Origin: Acutalibacteraceae bacterium
GTDB taxonomy: Bacteria > Bacillota > Clostridia > Oscillospirales > Acutalibacteraceae
Length of the DNA: 51,696 nucleotides
Assembly: GCA_051877275.1 (NCBI GenBank)
Contig: JBJEIS010000095.1
Location: 1-51,696 of the forward strand
Reading direction: 5' to 3'
Shown here: one piece after another, positions 17,708-28,102 of the stretch
Numbering within the stretch: position 1 is the stretch's first letter
Layout: every line of letters starts with the position of its first letter
Program-made: the position numbers and the translations under genes
The notes under the pieces: generated by a model
What the model was told of the DNA's origin: nothing
Databases searched by the model: none
What the model saw: the letters and a program-made list of their open reading frames with translations, nothing else

Positions 17708-19561
17708 TTAATCTTCGGTGTTTGGTAAAGTCGTATCGCTTTCCATAATCTCTTTAAACTCATCAGCGTCGATTTTTTCTTTCTCAAACAAGCGTCTTGC
17801 AACTGCGTGAAGCTTATCAATATGAGTTGTGAGAATCTCCTCACCGCGTTTATAAGCCTCATCAATAATCTTTTTAATCTCAACATCGATTTTTGACGCA
17901 ACAGTCTGTGAAACATTATCAACATGACCGTAATCACGTCCGAGAAATACCTCATCATTGGCACTGCCGTAAAGAATAGGTCCTAACTCGTCACTCATAC
18001 CGTATTTTACAACCATATCTTTAGCAATTTTGGTTGCACGCTCAATATCATTTGAAGCACCGGTTGTGAAGTCATTTTTATTATGAATAATTTCAGCAAT
18101 ACGTCCGCCGAGAAGCATTACGATTTCCTCTTTCATTTCCTCTCGGTATTTAGAGAACTGATCCTGCGAAGGCAACGAAATAGTCATACCCAAAGCTCTG
18201 CCTCGTGGAACAATGGTGATATGATGAATATCATCCTGTGTCGGCAGGTAATAGCCTGTAATTGCGTGACCTGCTTCATGATAAGCGGTATTGATTTTTT
18301 CTTTATCAGTCATTACCCAGCTTTTCTTTTCAGTACCTGCAATAACCTTGATTGTAGCGTCCTCTATAAACTTCTCGGTAATAGCTTTTTTATTTTCTCT
18401 TGCGGCTAAAAGAGCTGCCTCATTCAAGAGATTTTCAAGGTCAGCACCTGTAAAGCCTGCGGTTTCTTTCGCGATAGTCTTAAGGTCAACATCAGGACCT
18501 AAAGGCTTGCCGCGTGCATGAACCTTAAGAATTTCCTCTCTGCCCTTAACATCAGGATAATTAACGGTAATCTGTCTGTCAAAACGACCCGGACGCAAAA
18601 GCGCTTTATCAAGAATATCAGGTCGGTTAGTAGCCGCAATAATGATAACGCCTTCGTTAGCTCCGAAACCGTCCATCTCAACAAGCAATTGGTTAAGAGT
18701 CTGCTCACGCTCATCATGACCGCCGCCCAGTCCTGCGCCGCGCTGACGACCGACCGCGTCAATCTCATCAATGAATACAATTGCAGGCTGATTTTTCTTA
18801 GCGGTTTCAAACAAATCACGAACACGCGAAGCACCGACACCGACAAACATTTCTACGAAGTCAGAACCCGAAATCGAATAGAAAGGAACACCGGCCTCAC
18901 CTGCAACGGCTTTTGCCAGCAAGGTTTTACCTGTACCCGGAGGGCCCACAAGTAAAACGCCTTTAGGAATACGAGCGCCCAACTCATTGAACTTTTTAGG
19001 GTCTTTAAGGAAATCAACAATCTCCTTAAGCTCTTCTTTTTCTTCATCGGCACCTGCTACATCGGTAAACATAGTTTTCTTTTTCTCATCAGCCGAGTTT
19101 TTAAACTTCGCCTTACCGAATGTCATCGTCTTATCGGCACCCATGCCGCCCATTTTCTTCGACATAAATATCCAGAAGCCGATAAATAAAGCTACAAGCA
19201 ACAGCGTAGGAAGAAAATTGAGAATCCAATTAGCTTCGCCGCCTGCCTCAATATCATATTCAATACTAATCTGATTATTTTCTTTGATTTTATTAAAATC
19301 ATTAATAAAAAGCTCGGAATTAGGAACTTTATATGTCTGTGCAACTTTATCTCCGCGTCTTACATATTCAACATTTCTGCTTGAAATGTTCATATTAAAC
19401 GAAGAAATCTGATTTGATTCAATCATATCAAGAAACTCGGAATATTTAAGCTGTGTTCCTGTTAAATTCTTGCCCCACATCGAAACCAACATTACTACAA
19501 CAAGCAACGGTATAGCAATATAAAGCAACACATTTTTTACATTTTTATTAATAATAATCAA
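17708..19561 (-). CDS. ftsH: ATP-dependent zinc metalloprotease FtsH
   Basis: Walker A GPPGTGKT, an AAA module, and the zinc site HEAGH. The track TTG start directly abuts GGAGG, so the true start may be a few codons downstream. Confidence 0.93.
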   Translation of the reverse strand: MIIINKNVKNVLLYIAIPLLVVVMLVSMWGKNLTGTQLKYSEFLDMIESNQISSFNMNISSRNVEYVRRGDKVAQTYKVPNSELFINDFNKIKENNQISIEYDIEAGGEANWILNFLPTLLLVALFIGFWIFMSKKMGGMGADKTMTFGKAKFKNSADEKKKTMFTDVAGADEEKEELKEIVDFLKDPKKFNELGARIPKGVLLVGPPGTGKTLLAKAVAGEAGVPFYSISGSDFVEMFVGVGASRVRDLFETAKKNQPAIVFIDEIDAVGRQRGAGLGGGHDEREQTLNQLLVEMDGFGANEGVIIIAATNRPDILDKALLRPGRFDRQITVNYPDVKGREEILKVHARGKPLGPDVDLKTIAKETAGFTGADLENLLNEAALLAARENKKAITEKFIEDATIKVIAGTEKKSWVMTDKEKINTAYHEAGHAITGYYLPTQDDIHHITIVPRGRALGMTISLPSQDQFSKYREEMKEEIVMLLGGRIAEIIHNKNDFTTGASNDIERATKIAKDMVVKYGMSDELGPILYGSANDEVFLGRDYGHVDNVSQTVASKIDVEIKKIIDEAYKRGEEILTTHIDKLHAVARRLFEKEKIDADEFKEIMESDTTLPNTED

Positions 19562-20882
19562 CCTCCTTTGTTATTATTAAAACTTTTTTTGTATTCTTGC
19601 CAATGCAAAAATCACCGGCAACGCCGATATTTTCAGCCCATACAATTCTGCCGTTACATTCCAAAACAGACAACTTCGAGCGTATATCGACCGGAATTTT
19701 CATTTCATTATAAAGCTTTTTAATCTCTTTGTTTACTTTTTGATTTTTAAGTCGAATTTTGTCACCGGGTTTGCGGTTTCGCAAAACTAAACTATCACAA
19801 ATTTTATCATAATCTATTGTACTATTTAAAAACAAATTGTAAACATTTTCAGTATTTTTATATTCTTCATAAGAAACAACTTTTGAATAGTATTTATTAT
19901 ACGGGGTTTCAGCACTTTCGCCAAACTCAACACAAAAGTCTTTTTGCGTTATTTTTTCAGGCTTTTTTATTAAAACCTCGTTGTTTTGAGCAATAAACAA
20001 ATATCCTTTCGGCAACTGACATTTACCGCCGTTTTTTATAACATTAACGCAGTTTTCAATATGAAGAAAATCAGGAGTTAAACCTGTTTTTTCCTTTATC
20101 TTCTGCGAAACATATTCAAAAAGCACACTTTCATGCTCTTTTTTCAATTCGCTTATTAAAACATTATCTTTTATAAGTTTTGACGCTTTTTTGCAAAAAT
20201 AATCACTCTGATTTTCTGAAATTTCTTTCAGTCTTAAAACTGACTGTAAAAAAGAAGGATTAATCTCTTTCAAAACAGGAATAACGTTATGTCTTATCTT
20301 ATTTCTTGTATATTCATCAGTAAGATTTGTTGAATCGGTAACAAACCGCTGACATTTTGAAGCTAAATAATCTTCTATTTCTTTTCGCGAAACCTCAATA
20401 AGCGGTCTTATAATATTCTCTCTTTTAGCAGGAATTGACGCAAGACCGTTTACCGAAGTACCTCTCGCAATATTAAAAATCAATGTTTCCGCAACATCAT
20501 CAAGATTATGGGCAGTTGCAATTTTACCATTTTCCCCTGCCTGATTTGCAAAACACTCATAGCGCAGATTTCTTGCAAATTCCTCAACGCCGAGCTTCTG
20601 CTGTTTTGCCATGGCGCTTACATCAAAATCATAAATTTTAATCGGAATATTTAGTTTTTCACAAAATTCTTTGCAAAAAATCATATCACGCTTTGACTCT
20701 TCGCCCCGCAGATTATGATTAATATGCACCGCTTTTAAATCAAGCTGAACCTCATTTTTCAGTTCATTTAAAACAAGTGCAAGACAAACAGAGTCAGCAC
20801 CGCCGGAAAGACCGATAACGATGCTGTCACCTTTTTTAATCATATTGTACTTTTTAATTGTACTGATTACTTTCTGTTTCAT
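19548..20882 (-). CDS. tilS: tRNA(Ile)-lysidine synthetase
   Basis: PP-loop GLSGGADS. Length is 444 aa. It overlaps the dnaB stop by 4 nt. Confidence 0.88.
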   Translation of the reverse strand: MKQKVISTIKKYNMIKKGDSIVIGLSGGADSVCLALVLNELKNEVQLDLKAVHINHNLRGEESKRDMIFCKEFCEKLNIPIKIYDFDVSAMAKQQKLGVEEFARNLRYECFANQAGENGKIATAHNLDDVAETLIFNIARGTSVNGLASIPAKRENIIRPLIEVSRKEIEDYLASKCQRFVTDSTNLTDEYTRNKIRHNVIPVLKEINPSFLQSVLRLKEISENQSDYFCKKASKLIKDNVLISELKKEHESVLFEYVSQKIKEKTGLTPDFLHIENCVNVIKNGGKCQLPKGYLFIAQNNEVLIKKPEKITQKDFCVEFGESAETPYNKYYSKVVSYEEYKNTENVYNLFLNSTIDYDKICDSLVLRNRKPGDKIRLKNQKVNKEIKKLYNEMKIPVDIRSKLSVLECNGRIVWAENIGVAGDFCIGKNTKKVLIITKEVDYY

Positions 20883-22267
20883 TGTTCTTCATGTGAATAG
20901 TCGGGTGTAGTAAACCTTGTAAACTGAGCGTCAAAATTAAGCTTGGCGGTGCCAACCTCACCGTGACGGTTTTTAGCTATAATACACTCGGCCGCATTTG
21001 CATTAATCTCTTCAGGATTTTCAGATTCAGCCTGATAATAAATATCACGATAAATAAACATTACAATATCGGCATCCTGCTCGATAGAACCCGAATCACG
21101 AAGGTCCGCAAGCTGCGGTTTATGCGACTTACCTCTCGCCTCGGTTGAACGCGCTAACTGTGAACAACAGATAATAGGAATATTAAGCTCTTTTGCCATA
21201 ACCTTAAGGTTACCTGTAATATCCTGAATTTGCAAAACACGGTTATCTTTATATTTTGTAGACTGCATAAGACCCAAATAGTCAATAATAACAAGATCTG
21301 GCTTCGGATTAAGGCGTCTTAATCTTGCTTTAATCTCTGCGACCGTAATACTCGGAGTTTCATCCAAAAAGATATTACATTCAGATAAAATACCGCTCGC
21401 CTGAGCAAGTCTTGACCATTCGTTTGTATCCAACTCACCGGTTCTGAATTTAACCGAAGGGATAGCGGCTTCGGAAGCGATAAGTCTTTCTGCCAACTGC
21501 TCCCTTGTCATTTCAAGAGAGAAAAATGCAACGCATTTTTTTGAATTAAGCGCAACATTTCTCGCAAAGTTAAGCGCAAGCGAGGTTTTACCCATACCAG
21601 GACGAGCGCCGAGAATAATAAGGTCGGATTTATGAAAACCGGTTGTAAATTTATCAATTGCGGAAATTCCGCTCGGAATACCGATAAAATCTTCACGGTA
21701 TTCTTCTTTTGTAATTTTATCAAGTCTGTCAAAGGTTTCGCCGGTGATAACCTTTTTAATATGAACCAATCCGCCCTCATCGCGATTTTGTCTGATTTCA
21801 TATATGGTCTGCTCTGCGCTGTCAAGCAGCAAATCAGCGTCAACCTCAGACTCGGAAGCCTCGGAAATAATCTTTCTTGCCGCCAAAATCAAAGAGCGCA
21901 CATAGTGTTTTTCTTTTATAATTTTTGCATAGGAAACCGCATTTGCGCTTGTAGGAACAATCTGCGCAAGCTGTAATAAATATGCTTTTCCGCCCGCATC
22001 ATCAAAAACCTTTTCTTTTTTAAGTTCCTCTAAAACAGTAATAGAGTCAATTTTTTTAGAGAGCGCGTCCATAGCCCAAATTGCATTTGCAATAGCAATG
22101 TGCTGCGGAAGATAAAAATGCTCCGGTTTAATAATCTCGGCAACATCTGAAATTATATCTGGATCAATTAAAACAGCGCCGAGCACTGCCTGTTCTGCCT
22201 CAAGTGAAAAAGGTAAAACCTGCGAATCCGCACTTATAAGCTCCTGATTATCCATTAACCCTACCAC
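20879..22267 (-). CDS. dnaB: Replicative DNA helicase
   Basis: Walker A GARPGMGKTS and the DnaB-family N- and C-terminal domains. Length is 462 aa. Confidence 0.92.
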   Translation of the reverse strand: MVGLMDNQELISADSQVLPFSLEAEQAVLGAVLIDPDIISDVAEIIKPEHFYLPQHIAIANAIWAMDALSKKIDSITVLEELKKEKVFDDAGGKAYLLQLAQIVPTSANAVSYAKIIKEKHYVRSLILAARKIISEASESEVDADLLLDSAEQTIYEIRQNRDEGGLVHIKKVITGETFDRLDKITKEEYREDFIGIPSGISAIDKFTTGFHKSDLIILGARPGMGKTSLALNFARNVALNSKKCVAFFSLEMTREQLAERLIASEAAIPSVKFRTGELDTNEWSRLAQASGILSECNIFLDETPSITVAEIKARLRRLNPKPDLVIIDYLGLMQSTKYKDNRVLQIQDITGNLKVMAKELNIPIICCSQLARSTEARGKSHKPQLADLRDSGSIEQDADIVMFIYRDIYYQAESENPEEINANAAECIIAKNRHGEVGTAKLNFDAQFTRFTTPDYSHEEQ

Positions 22268-22294
22268 CTCTCTTTAAAACTCTTAAATCTTTAC

Positions 22295-22738
22295 TCATTT
22301 TGTTACAATTTCAACTGTCATTTTTGCAACAACGCCCTGATGAAGCTTTACATCAAATGAATATGTTCCCGTATTCTTCATATCAGGGGCTGTAATTTTC
22401 TTTTTATCAACTTTAATTGAAAATTCTTTATCAATTGTTTCGGCTAATTCTTTGCTTGTAACCGCACCGAAAAGTTTTCCTGATTCACCGCCTTTAGCAG
22501 CAACAGTAATAGTTTTTCCGTCAATTTTAGCTTTATTTGCTTCAGCGGCTGCTTTTTCTTCTGCCTTATGATGCAAAACAGCTTCATTTTTACTGTTAAG
22601 CTCGCTCATAGCCTGATTTGTAGCCTCTACTGCAAGACCTTTAGGCAATAAAAAATTTCTTGCGTATCCGTCAGAAGCGTTTTTTACATCGCCTTTTTTG
22701 CCCATTCCTTTTACATCGGCAGTTAAAATAACTTTCAT
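22295..22738 (-). CDS. rplI: 50S ribosomal protein L9
   Basis: N-terminal block [36 protein letters not shown]. Confidence 0.93.
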   Translation of the reverse strand: MKVILTADVKGMGKKGDVKNASDGYARNFLLPKGLAVEATNQAMSELNSKNEAVLHHKAEEKAAAEANKAKIDGKTITVAAKGGESGKLFGAVTSKELAETIDKEFSIKVDKKKITAPDMKNTGTYSFDVKLHQGVVAKMTVEIVTK

Positions 22739-22756
22739 ATCTTTAATCCTCCAAAA

Positions 22757-24724
22757 TTACTCATTTTCTTTAGCTTTTTGTATAGCTTCTGCAATTAAAC
22801 TGCAGCAATCACTGAAATTCATACATTCAACCTGAGCAGCCGCCATCGTTTGATGTCCTCCGCCGCCCAATTGTTCCATAATAGTCTGAACATTAACTTT
22901 TCCGAGACTTCGCGCAGAAATATTTACTTTTCCTTTTTCCTGCTCAGTAGCAACAAAAGATGCGTCAATACCTTTAATAGTTAATAATTCATCAGCCGCC
23001 TGTGCCGACGCTACCCTTGCATAACTGTTTTTATCGGTACAATATGCAATAGCGTAATTTTTAATAGTTTTCGCCGAAGAAACAAGCGCTGACTTCAAAG
23101 AATATGTTTCAATATTTTCTGCAAAAAAGTCTTTTGCAACAACAGGGTCAGCACCTTTTTCACGCAAATATGCAGAAGCTTCAAATGTTCTTGCAGATGT
23201 TCTTAAAACAAAATTTTTAGTATCAAGCATAATACCTGCTAAAAGCGCGTTTGCCTGCGATTTATCAATTGCATCAGCACCGAAATACCTTAATAATTCG
23301 GTAACCATTTCACAGGTAGAAGAGCTTGACGGGTCATGATAAAACAAAATAGAATTATCAATAAAATCAACATTTCTTCTATGATGGTCGATAACAACTA
23401 CATCTTCACATTTTTTATAAACCTCTTCTGATTCAACCGAAGAACAGCGATGAGTATCAACAACAATAAGCAACGTTTTATGTCTTATTTTGCCCAAAGC
23501 CTCATCAGGCGCTAAAATAAAGTCATCATTTGGCTGAACTCTGGCAGTATATCGAAGAAGCGCACCCGCAAGAGTATTTTTATAATTGCAGACAATATTC
23601 ACATCTTTGCCGAGTCTCTTTATGGCGCAAAACAAACCGTAAGCCGCGCCATATGCGTCCATATCCGAAAAGCTATGACCCATAACAAGAATATTTTCGC
23701 TGCTTAAAATAAGCTTTTTAAGCGTTTGCGAAATAAGTCTCATTCTAACCGCAGTATTGATAGGTCTCGATTCGGTAACACCGCCGAAAAATTCAAAGTT
23801 TTCATCATTTTTAATTACTGCCTGGTCGCCGCCTCTGCCAAGTGCCATATCAAGCGCATTATTTGCGAATTCCACGCACTGTGCCAGATTTTCACCGCCG
23901 ATACCGACGCCGATTGAAAGCGTTGCAGAGCCGCGCTCACCGAAATCAAGGCTTCTTACTTTTGATAATACCTCAAATTTATTAGCTAAAATCACATCAA
24001 ATGTTGATTTTTCAACAATCAAAAAATATTTTTCGGTAGAAACCTTTTGAATATATCCCTGTGAATCCTTATCAAGCTCTTCTATACATCGCTCGATTTT
24101 TCCCAATATCTCATTTTTGGTGCTTTCAGGAGTGTTTCTAAGCAACAAATCAAGTCCGTCAATATTAATAAAGAAAACGCAAGGTTTTGAATTTTCATAT
24201 TTATTTTTCAATGATGAAAAAGCAGTATCATCATAGAAAAAGTAAATTGTTTGACCCTCATATTTATCCGAACAGCGAAGTGAAAAAACATTAAAATATC
24301 TTTCTTTGTATTCAATTCGCGTATAATTATCCTGACTTAACTCGTCTTTTGCCTGTAAATCAAAGATAAATGAAGCGTCGTTTCCGAAAACATCAATACC
24401 TTTTAAAACATTGCTTCGGAACTTTTCATTATACCATACAACTTCATTTGAAGAATTGGCAATCATAATTGCGATTCCGAATTCATTCATAGCACTGTCA
24501 TCAGCTCCGCTGATATGTTTTGCGGTTGATAAAAAGTAATTATTTATATAATTTCTTGCGAATAAAACACAACCGAAAGCCAAAGCGATAACCGCTATCA
24601 TTATTAAAATTTCAATATAAAACATCGGTGTTTCATAAATTGCAGCGACAATAGAAAATGACACTACCAAAACAACCGAGATTATTATACAAAGAATTTT
24701 TGTAAAATTAATTTGCTGCTTCAT
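22757..24724 (-). CDS. gdpP: Membrane-anchored DHH/DHHA1 phosphodiesterase, GdpP (YybT)-type c-di-AMP phosphodiesterase
   Basis: Two N-terminal TM helices, DHH motif (VIDHHRR) and DHHA1 motif GGGGH. It sits in the conserved position upstream of rplI-dnaB. Confidence 0.85.
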   Translation of the reverse strand: MKQQINFTKILCIIISVVLVVSFSIVAAIYETPMFYIEILIMIAVIALAFGCVLFARNYINNYFLSTAKHISGADDSAMNEFGIAIMIANSSNEVVWYNEKFRSNVLKGIDVFGNDASFIFDLQAKDELSQDNYTRIEYKERYFNVFSLRCSDKYEGQTIYFFYDDTAFSSLKNKYENSKPCVFFINIDGLDLLLRNTPESTKNEILGKIERCIEELDKDSQGYIQKVSTEKYFLIVEKSTFDVILANKFEVLSKVRSLDFGERGSATLSIGVGIGGENLAQCVEFANNALDMALGRGGDQAVIKNDENFEFFGGVTESRPINTAVRMRLISQTLKKLILSSENILVMGHSFSDMDAYGAAYGLFCAIKRLGKDVNIVCNYKNTLAGALLRYTARVQPNDDFILAPDEALGKIRHKTLLIVVDTHRCSSVESEEVYKKCEDVVVIDHHRRNVDFIDNSILFYHDPSSSSTCEMVTELLRYFGADAIDKSQANALLAGIMLDTKNFVLRTSARTFEASAYLREKGADPVVAKDFFAENIETYSLKSALVSSAKTIKNYAIAYCTDKNSYARVASAQAADELLTIKGIDASFVATEQEKGKVNISARSLGKVNVQTIMEQLGGGGHQTMAAAQVECMNFSDCCSLIAEAIQKAKENE

Positions 24725-24761
24725 TTTTTAAACTCTCCTTTCAAAATCAAGAAAGCAAGGG

Positions 24762-26387
24762 TTATTCATCCTCAATAGTAATATCGTCACCTAGTTTTGA
24801 AATCAAATCATTCAAAGGATCGTTTTCAACAACTTTCGGTGCTGTTGAACGATTATAAGGTCCTAAATTATATTTTATTCCCGTAATTTTTAATACCGCA
24901 TTTCGTATTGCGTCTTTATGTCTGGCATTGTTTCTGATAGTTTCCGCAAAAGTCGGATTTGGCGCGTCAATAAGCAATAAATTTCCTTTTGTATACGCTT
25001 TTGAATTATTAAGCACCGCATAAAGCACCGTAGACTGCGTTTGTAATATTTCCATAACCTCAGGCCATTTTGTAAAACGGACAACTTCATTTGAAGATAC
25101 CGATTTTTGCGGCGGTTCGGAAGAAATTTGTTTATTTTCATCTTGTTCAGGTACAAAATTATTTTTAATTTTTTCTTTTTTCTCACTGTTATCTTGTGAA
25201 ACCGATTCTTTTGGCAAATTTTCCATCGGCGCCGCAGTAATGCCTGAAGCAATCTTTTCTTCCAAAGCGGAAATTCTTTTCAAAATCGCCTGCGAAGAAC
25301 TATCAAGCTCATTTGTGCAAAGTCTTATTAAAGCGGTTTCGGCACAAATACGCTTATTTTGTCCGCCCTTCATTTTATCAAGACATTCAGAAAGCTTGCT
25401 TGTGCAATACAAAATGCTTTCAAATTTTATCTGCTTTGCTTGCTGTTCAATTCGGTTAATATCCTCATTTGTACCTGTAATCAGGCGTCGAAAATCTTTC
25501 GATGTCTTAGCTACAAGCAAATCTCTGTAATGTGCGATAAGCTCATTAAAAAGTCTTTCAATATCACAAGACGAAGAATAAAGCTTATCAAGCAATTCAA
25601 TTGCTCCGGCTGCATCATTATTCTCAATAATATCAACAAATTTGAAAAGATGCTCTTTACCTATAAGTCCTGCACATTCGGCAACCAAACTCTCGGTAAT
25701 ATCTTTATCAGTACCGGCACAAAGATCAAGTAAGCTTAAAGCGTCACGCATACCGCCGTCACAAAGCTTGGCAATAAGAGTAGCCGCATTATCTTCAATA
25801 TTTATATTTTCTTTTTCACAAATATACTTAATTCTCGCAGTAATTACATCAACTGAAATTCGGTTAAAATCATACCGCTGACATCGTGATAAAATTGTAG
25901 GAGGTATAGCCCAAACCTCAGTTGTTGCAAGAATAAAAATCGCGTGGGCAGGAGGTTCTTCAAGCGTTTTAAGCAGCGCATTAAACGCTTCTTTTGTAAG
26001 CATATGAACCTCATCTATAATATAAACGCGGAATTTCGCTTTAGAAGGAGTGTACTCAATCTGCTCTCTCAAATTTCTTATATCGTCAACACCGCGGTTT
26101 GATGCCGCGTCTATCTCAACAACATCTAAAATCTCACCGTTATCAATTCCGACGCAGTTTTCACATTCATTGCAAGGGTCGCCGTTTACAGGATGAAGAC
26201 AATTGACAGCTTTTGATAAAATTTTAGCACTTGAAGTTTTACCCGTACCGCGCGAGCCTGTAAAAAGATATGCGTGAGTAAAACGGTTTTCAGCAACCTG
26301 CGCTTTAAGCGTATTTGAAATATGATCCTGACCGCAAACATCACTGAAGGTCTGCGGGCGGTATTTTCTGTATAAAGCCTGATGCAT
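24762..26387 (-). CDS. dnaX: DNA polymerase III subunit gamma/tau
   Basis: Walker A GSRGTGKTS, zinc module CNECENC, and SRC motif ILSRCQ. Confidence 0.92.
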   Translation of the reverse strand: MHQALYRKYRPQTFSDVCGQDHISNTLKAQVAENRFTHAYLFTGSRGTGKTSSAKILSKAVNCLHPVNGDPCNECENCVGIDNGEILDVVEIDAASNRGVDDIRNLREQIEYTPSKAKFRVYIIDEVHMLTKEAFNALLKTLEEPPAHAIFILATTEVWAIPPTILSRCQRYDFNRISVDVITARIKYICEKENINIEDNAATLIAKLCDGGMRDALSLLDLCAGTDKDITESLVAECAGLIGKEHLFKFVDIIENNDAAGAIELLDKLYSSSCDIERLFNELIAHYRDLLVAKTSKDFRRLITGTNEDINRIEQQAKQIKFESILYCTSKLSECLDKMKGGQNKRICAETALIRLCTNELDSSSQAILKRISALEEKIASGITAAPMENLPKESVSQDNSEKKEKIKNNFVPEQDENKQISSEPPQKSVSSNEVVRFTKWPEVMEILQTQSTVLYAVLNNSKAYTKGNLLLIDAPNPTFAETIRNNARHKDAIRNAVLKITGIKYNLGPYNRSTAPKVVENDPLNDLISKLGDDITIEDE

Positions 26388-26415
26388 ATCTTTCTCTCCT
26401 TTTCAAAATAATAAG

Positions 26416-26560
26416 AGCCTATGTATTTAAGTCTGCGGACACCAGATTTTGCTGCGGCACACGGCTCCCTTCGCTTAATGCTGCTCGGTTCCCCGTCTGA
26501 CATGGTTCACGAGGGTCCGTCGCACAGGACCCGATATCCGCATACTTAAACGCATAGGCT
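26416..26560 (-). ncRNA. ffs: Signal recognition particle RNA (boundaries approximate)
   Basis: Minus strand carries the domain IV core GTCAGACGG-GGAA-CCGAGCAGC ... GTGTGCCG with a GNRA tetraloop. A long terminal stem closes it (AGCCTATGCGTTTAAGTATGCGGA pairs with TCCGCAGACTTAAATACATAGGCT). It sits directly upstream of dnaX, as is usual in Firmicutes. Confidence 0.8.
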
Positions 26561-26640
26561 TTAAGTATATTATTCGTAATGTATATTATAATACATATCT
26601 ATTGATTTTTCAACCCTTTTTTTATTATTGCTGAAAAGTT

Positions 26641-26672
26641 CAAAAAACACAGTCTTTCGACTGTGTTTTTTG
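26641..26672 (-). terminator. Intrinsic terminator of cysS (bidirectional)
   Basis: Stem CACAGTC / GACTGTG flanked by A6 and T6. Confidence 0.8.
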
Positions 26673-26674
26673 CT

Positions 26675-28087
26675 TTATATTTTATTCCATACAACGCCTT
26701 CACGGGTATCTTTAATCTCAATTCCCATATCAAGAAGTTCTGCTCTGATTTCATCTGCGCGCGCAAAATTCTTTTCTTTTTTAGCCACTGCACGCTCTGC
26801 AATCAAAGCTTCTATTTTAGCTGACAGCTCATCATCAACAGCGCCTTTATCATCAGCAATTTCTTTTGCTTTTTTAATAAGGTCAAGAGATAAAACCTTA
26901 TCAAACTCTGCAATCAAATAAAGCTTTGTCGCATCGGAAATATCTGCTTTTAAAACATCATAAAGCGCGGTAATACCGAGTGAAGTATTTATATCGTTAT
27001 CAAGCGCCTCTTTGAACTTTTCTTCAAAAGGCTTCGCCTCATTCAAATTCGGCTCTCCGTCTTTTAGCGAAGCAATTTTGGCAATCAATTTTTTAAATGC
27101 TGCCGCTGCGTTATCCATTCCCTCATAAGAAAAAACAAGCGACTTTCTATAATGTGACTGCAAGCAGAAAAATCTATAAACCAATGGGTCATAGCCTTTT
27201 TCCTCAAGCAAGGAAACAGTTAAAAACTCGCCCTTTGATTTTGACATTTTACCGGAATTGGTGTTAAGGTGAAGCACATGAAACCAATAGTTACACCACT
27301 TATGACCAAGATAGGCCTCGCTCTGCGCAATCTCGTTTGTGTGATGCGGAAATGCATTGTCAATACCCCCGCAATGTATATCAAGATGCTCACCGGAATG
27401 TTTTATTGAAATTGCCGAACATTCAATATGCCAGCCCGGATAACCTAATCCCCAAGGGCTATCCCATTTCAATTCCTGGTCATCAAACTTTGATTTTGTA
27501 AACCAAAGAACAAAGTCTGTTTTGTTTCGTTTATTTGTATCTTCAAAAACGCCCTCACGAACGCCAACCTCTAAATCTTCAGCCTCATATTTATTAAAAA
27601 TATAATATTCTTCAAGCTTTGAAGTATCAAAATAAATGTTTCCGCCTGCCTCATAAGCATAGCCTTTTTCAAGCAAGGTTTCAATCATTTTAATAAAGTC
27701 ATCAATGCAACCTGTAGCAGGCTCTACAACATCAGGGCGCTTGATATTAAGCTTTTCGCAATCGGCAAAGAAAGCATCTGTATAGAATTTTGCGATTTCC
27801 ATTACCGACTTATGCTCACGCTTTGCGCCTTTAAGCATCTTATCTTCACCTGTATCAGCGTCAGATGACAGATGACCTACATCGGTAATGTTCATAATTC
27901 TTTTTACATCATAACCCGAATAACGCAGGTATTTTTCAAGAACATCTTCCATAATATAAGTACGAAGATTGCCGATATGCGCAAAATGATAAACAGTTGG
28001 GCCGCAGGTGTACATTGAAACCTTGCCCGGCTCAAAAGGTTTGAACTCTTCCTTTTTTCTTGTAGCAGTATTATATAAATTAAGCAT
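26675..28087 (-). CDS. cysS: Cysteine--tRNA ligase
   Basis: Class I signatures HIGN (FAHIGNL) and KMSKS (GKMSKSKGE). Length is 470 aa. Confidence 0.93.
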   Translation of the reverse strand: MLNLYNTATRKKEEFKPFEPGKVSMYTCGPTVYHFAHIGNLRTYIMEDVLEKYLRYSGYDVKRIMNITDVGHLSSDADTGEDKMLKGAKREHKSVMEIAKFYTDAFFADCEKLNIKRPDVVEPATGCIDDFIKMIETLLEKGYAYEAGGNIYFDTSKLEEYYIFNKYEAEDLEVGVREGVFEDTNKRNKTDFVLWFTKSKFDDQELKWDSPWGLGYPGWHIECSAISIKHSGEHLDIHCGGIDNAFPHHTNEIAQSEAYLGHKWCNYWFHVLHLNTNSGKMSKSKGEFLTVSLLEEKGYDPLVYRFFCLQSHYRKSLVFSYEGMDNAAAAFKKLIAKIASLKDGEPNLNEAKPFEEKFKEALDNDINTSLGITALYDVLKADISDATKLYLIAEFDKVLSLDLIKKAKEIADDKGAVDDELSAKIEALIAERAVAKKEKNFARADEIRAELLDMGIEIKDTREGVVWNKI

Positions 28088-28102
28088 TTTGTTTTTTCTC
28101 CC

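Noticed and set aside
18518-18955. A 145-aa plus-strand ORF antisense to ftsH. Similar long antisense ORFs occur at 45324-45761 and 44739-45137 (in feoB), 12446-12796 (in the AI-2E transporter gene), 21632-21976 (in dnaB) and 25359-25733 (in dnaX).
   Set aside because: Each lies entirely inside a confidently identified gene on the other strand. None has an RBS or a recognisable motif. All have low-complexity Ser/Ile/Phe/Lys-rich translations typical of antisense frames in AT-rich DNA.
17535-20882. Gene-order oddities: tilS is fused to ftsH without the usual hpt between them, and rimM-trmD lacks rpsP and rplS neighbours.
   Set aside because: This is plausible lineage-specific rearrangement of housekeeping genes. 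The missing genes are probably elsewhere in the genome, and nothing in the junction sequences suggests a mobile element. The trmD-ptsH spacer palindrome is reported separately.
25164-25184. Possible gamma/tau frameshift site in dnaX. Two A6 runs (GAG AAA AAA GAA AAA ATT) occur at codons 402-407. The -1 frame there hits TAA after about 4 codons, at a position comparable to the end of E. coli gamma.
   Set aside because: The heptamer is not a canonical X XXY YYZ slippery site in the zero frame. I see no downstream stem-loop. Lys-rich A runs are common in this AT-rich genome. It is testable with a western blot for a truncated DnaX product, but the sequence alone does not support it.
26186-26503. 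A 105-aa minus-strand ORF spanning the dnaX start and the region upstream.
   Set aside because: Its 5' part is the SRP RNA gene and its 3' part is out of frame within dnaX. The translation has no protein-like features.
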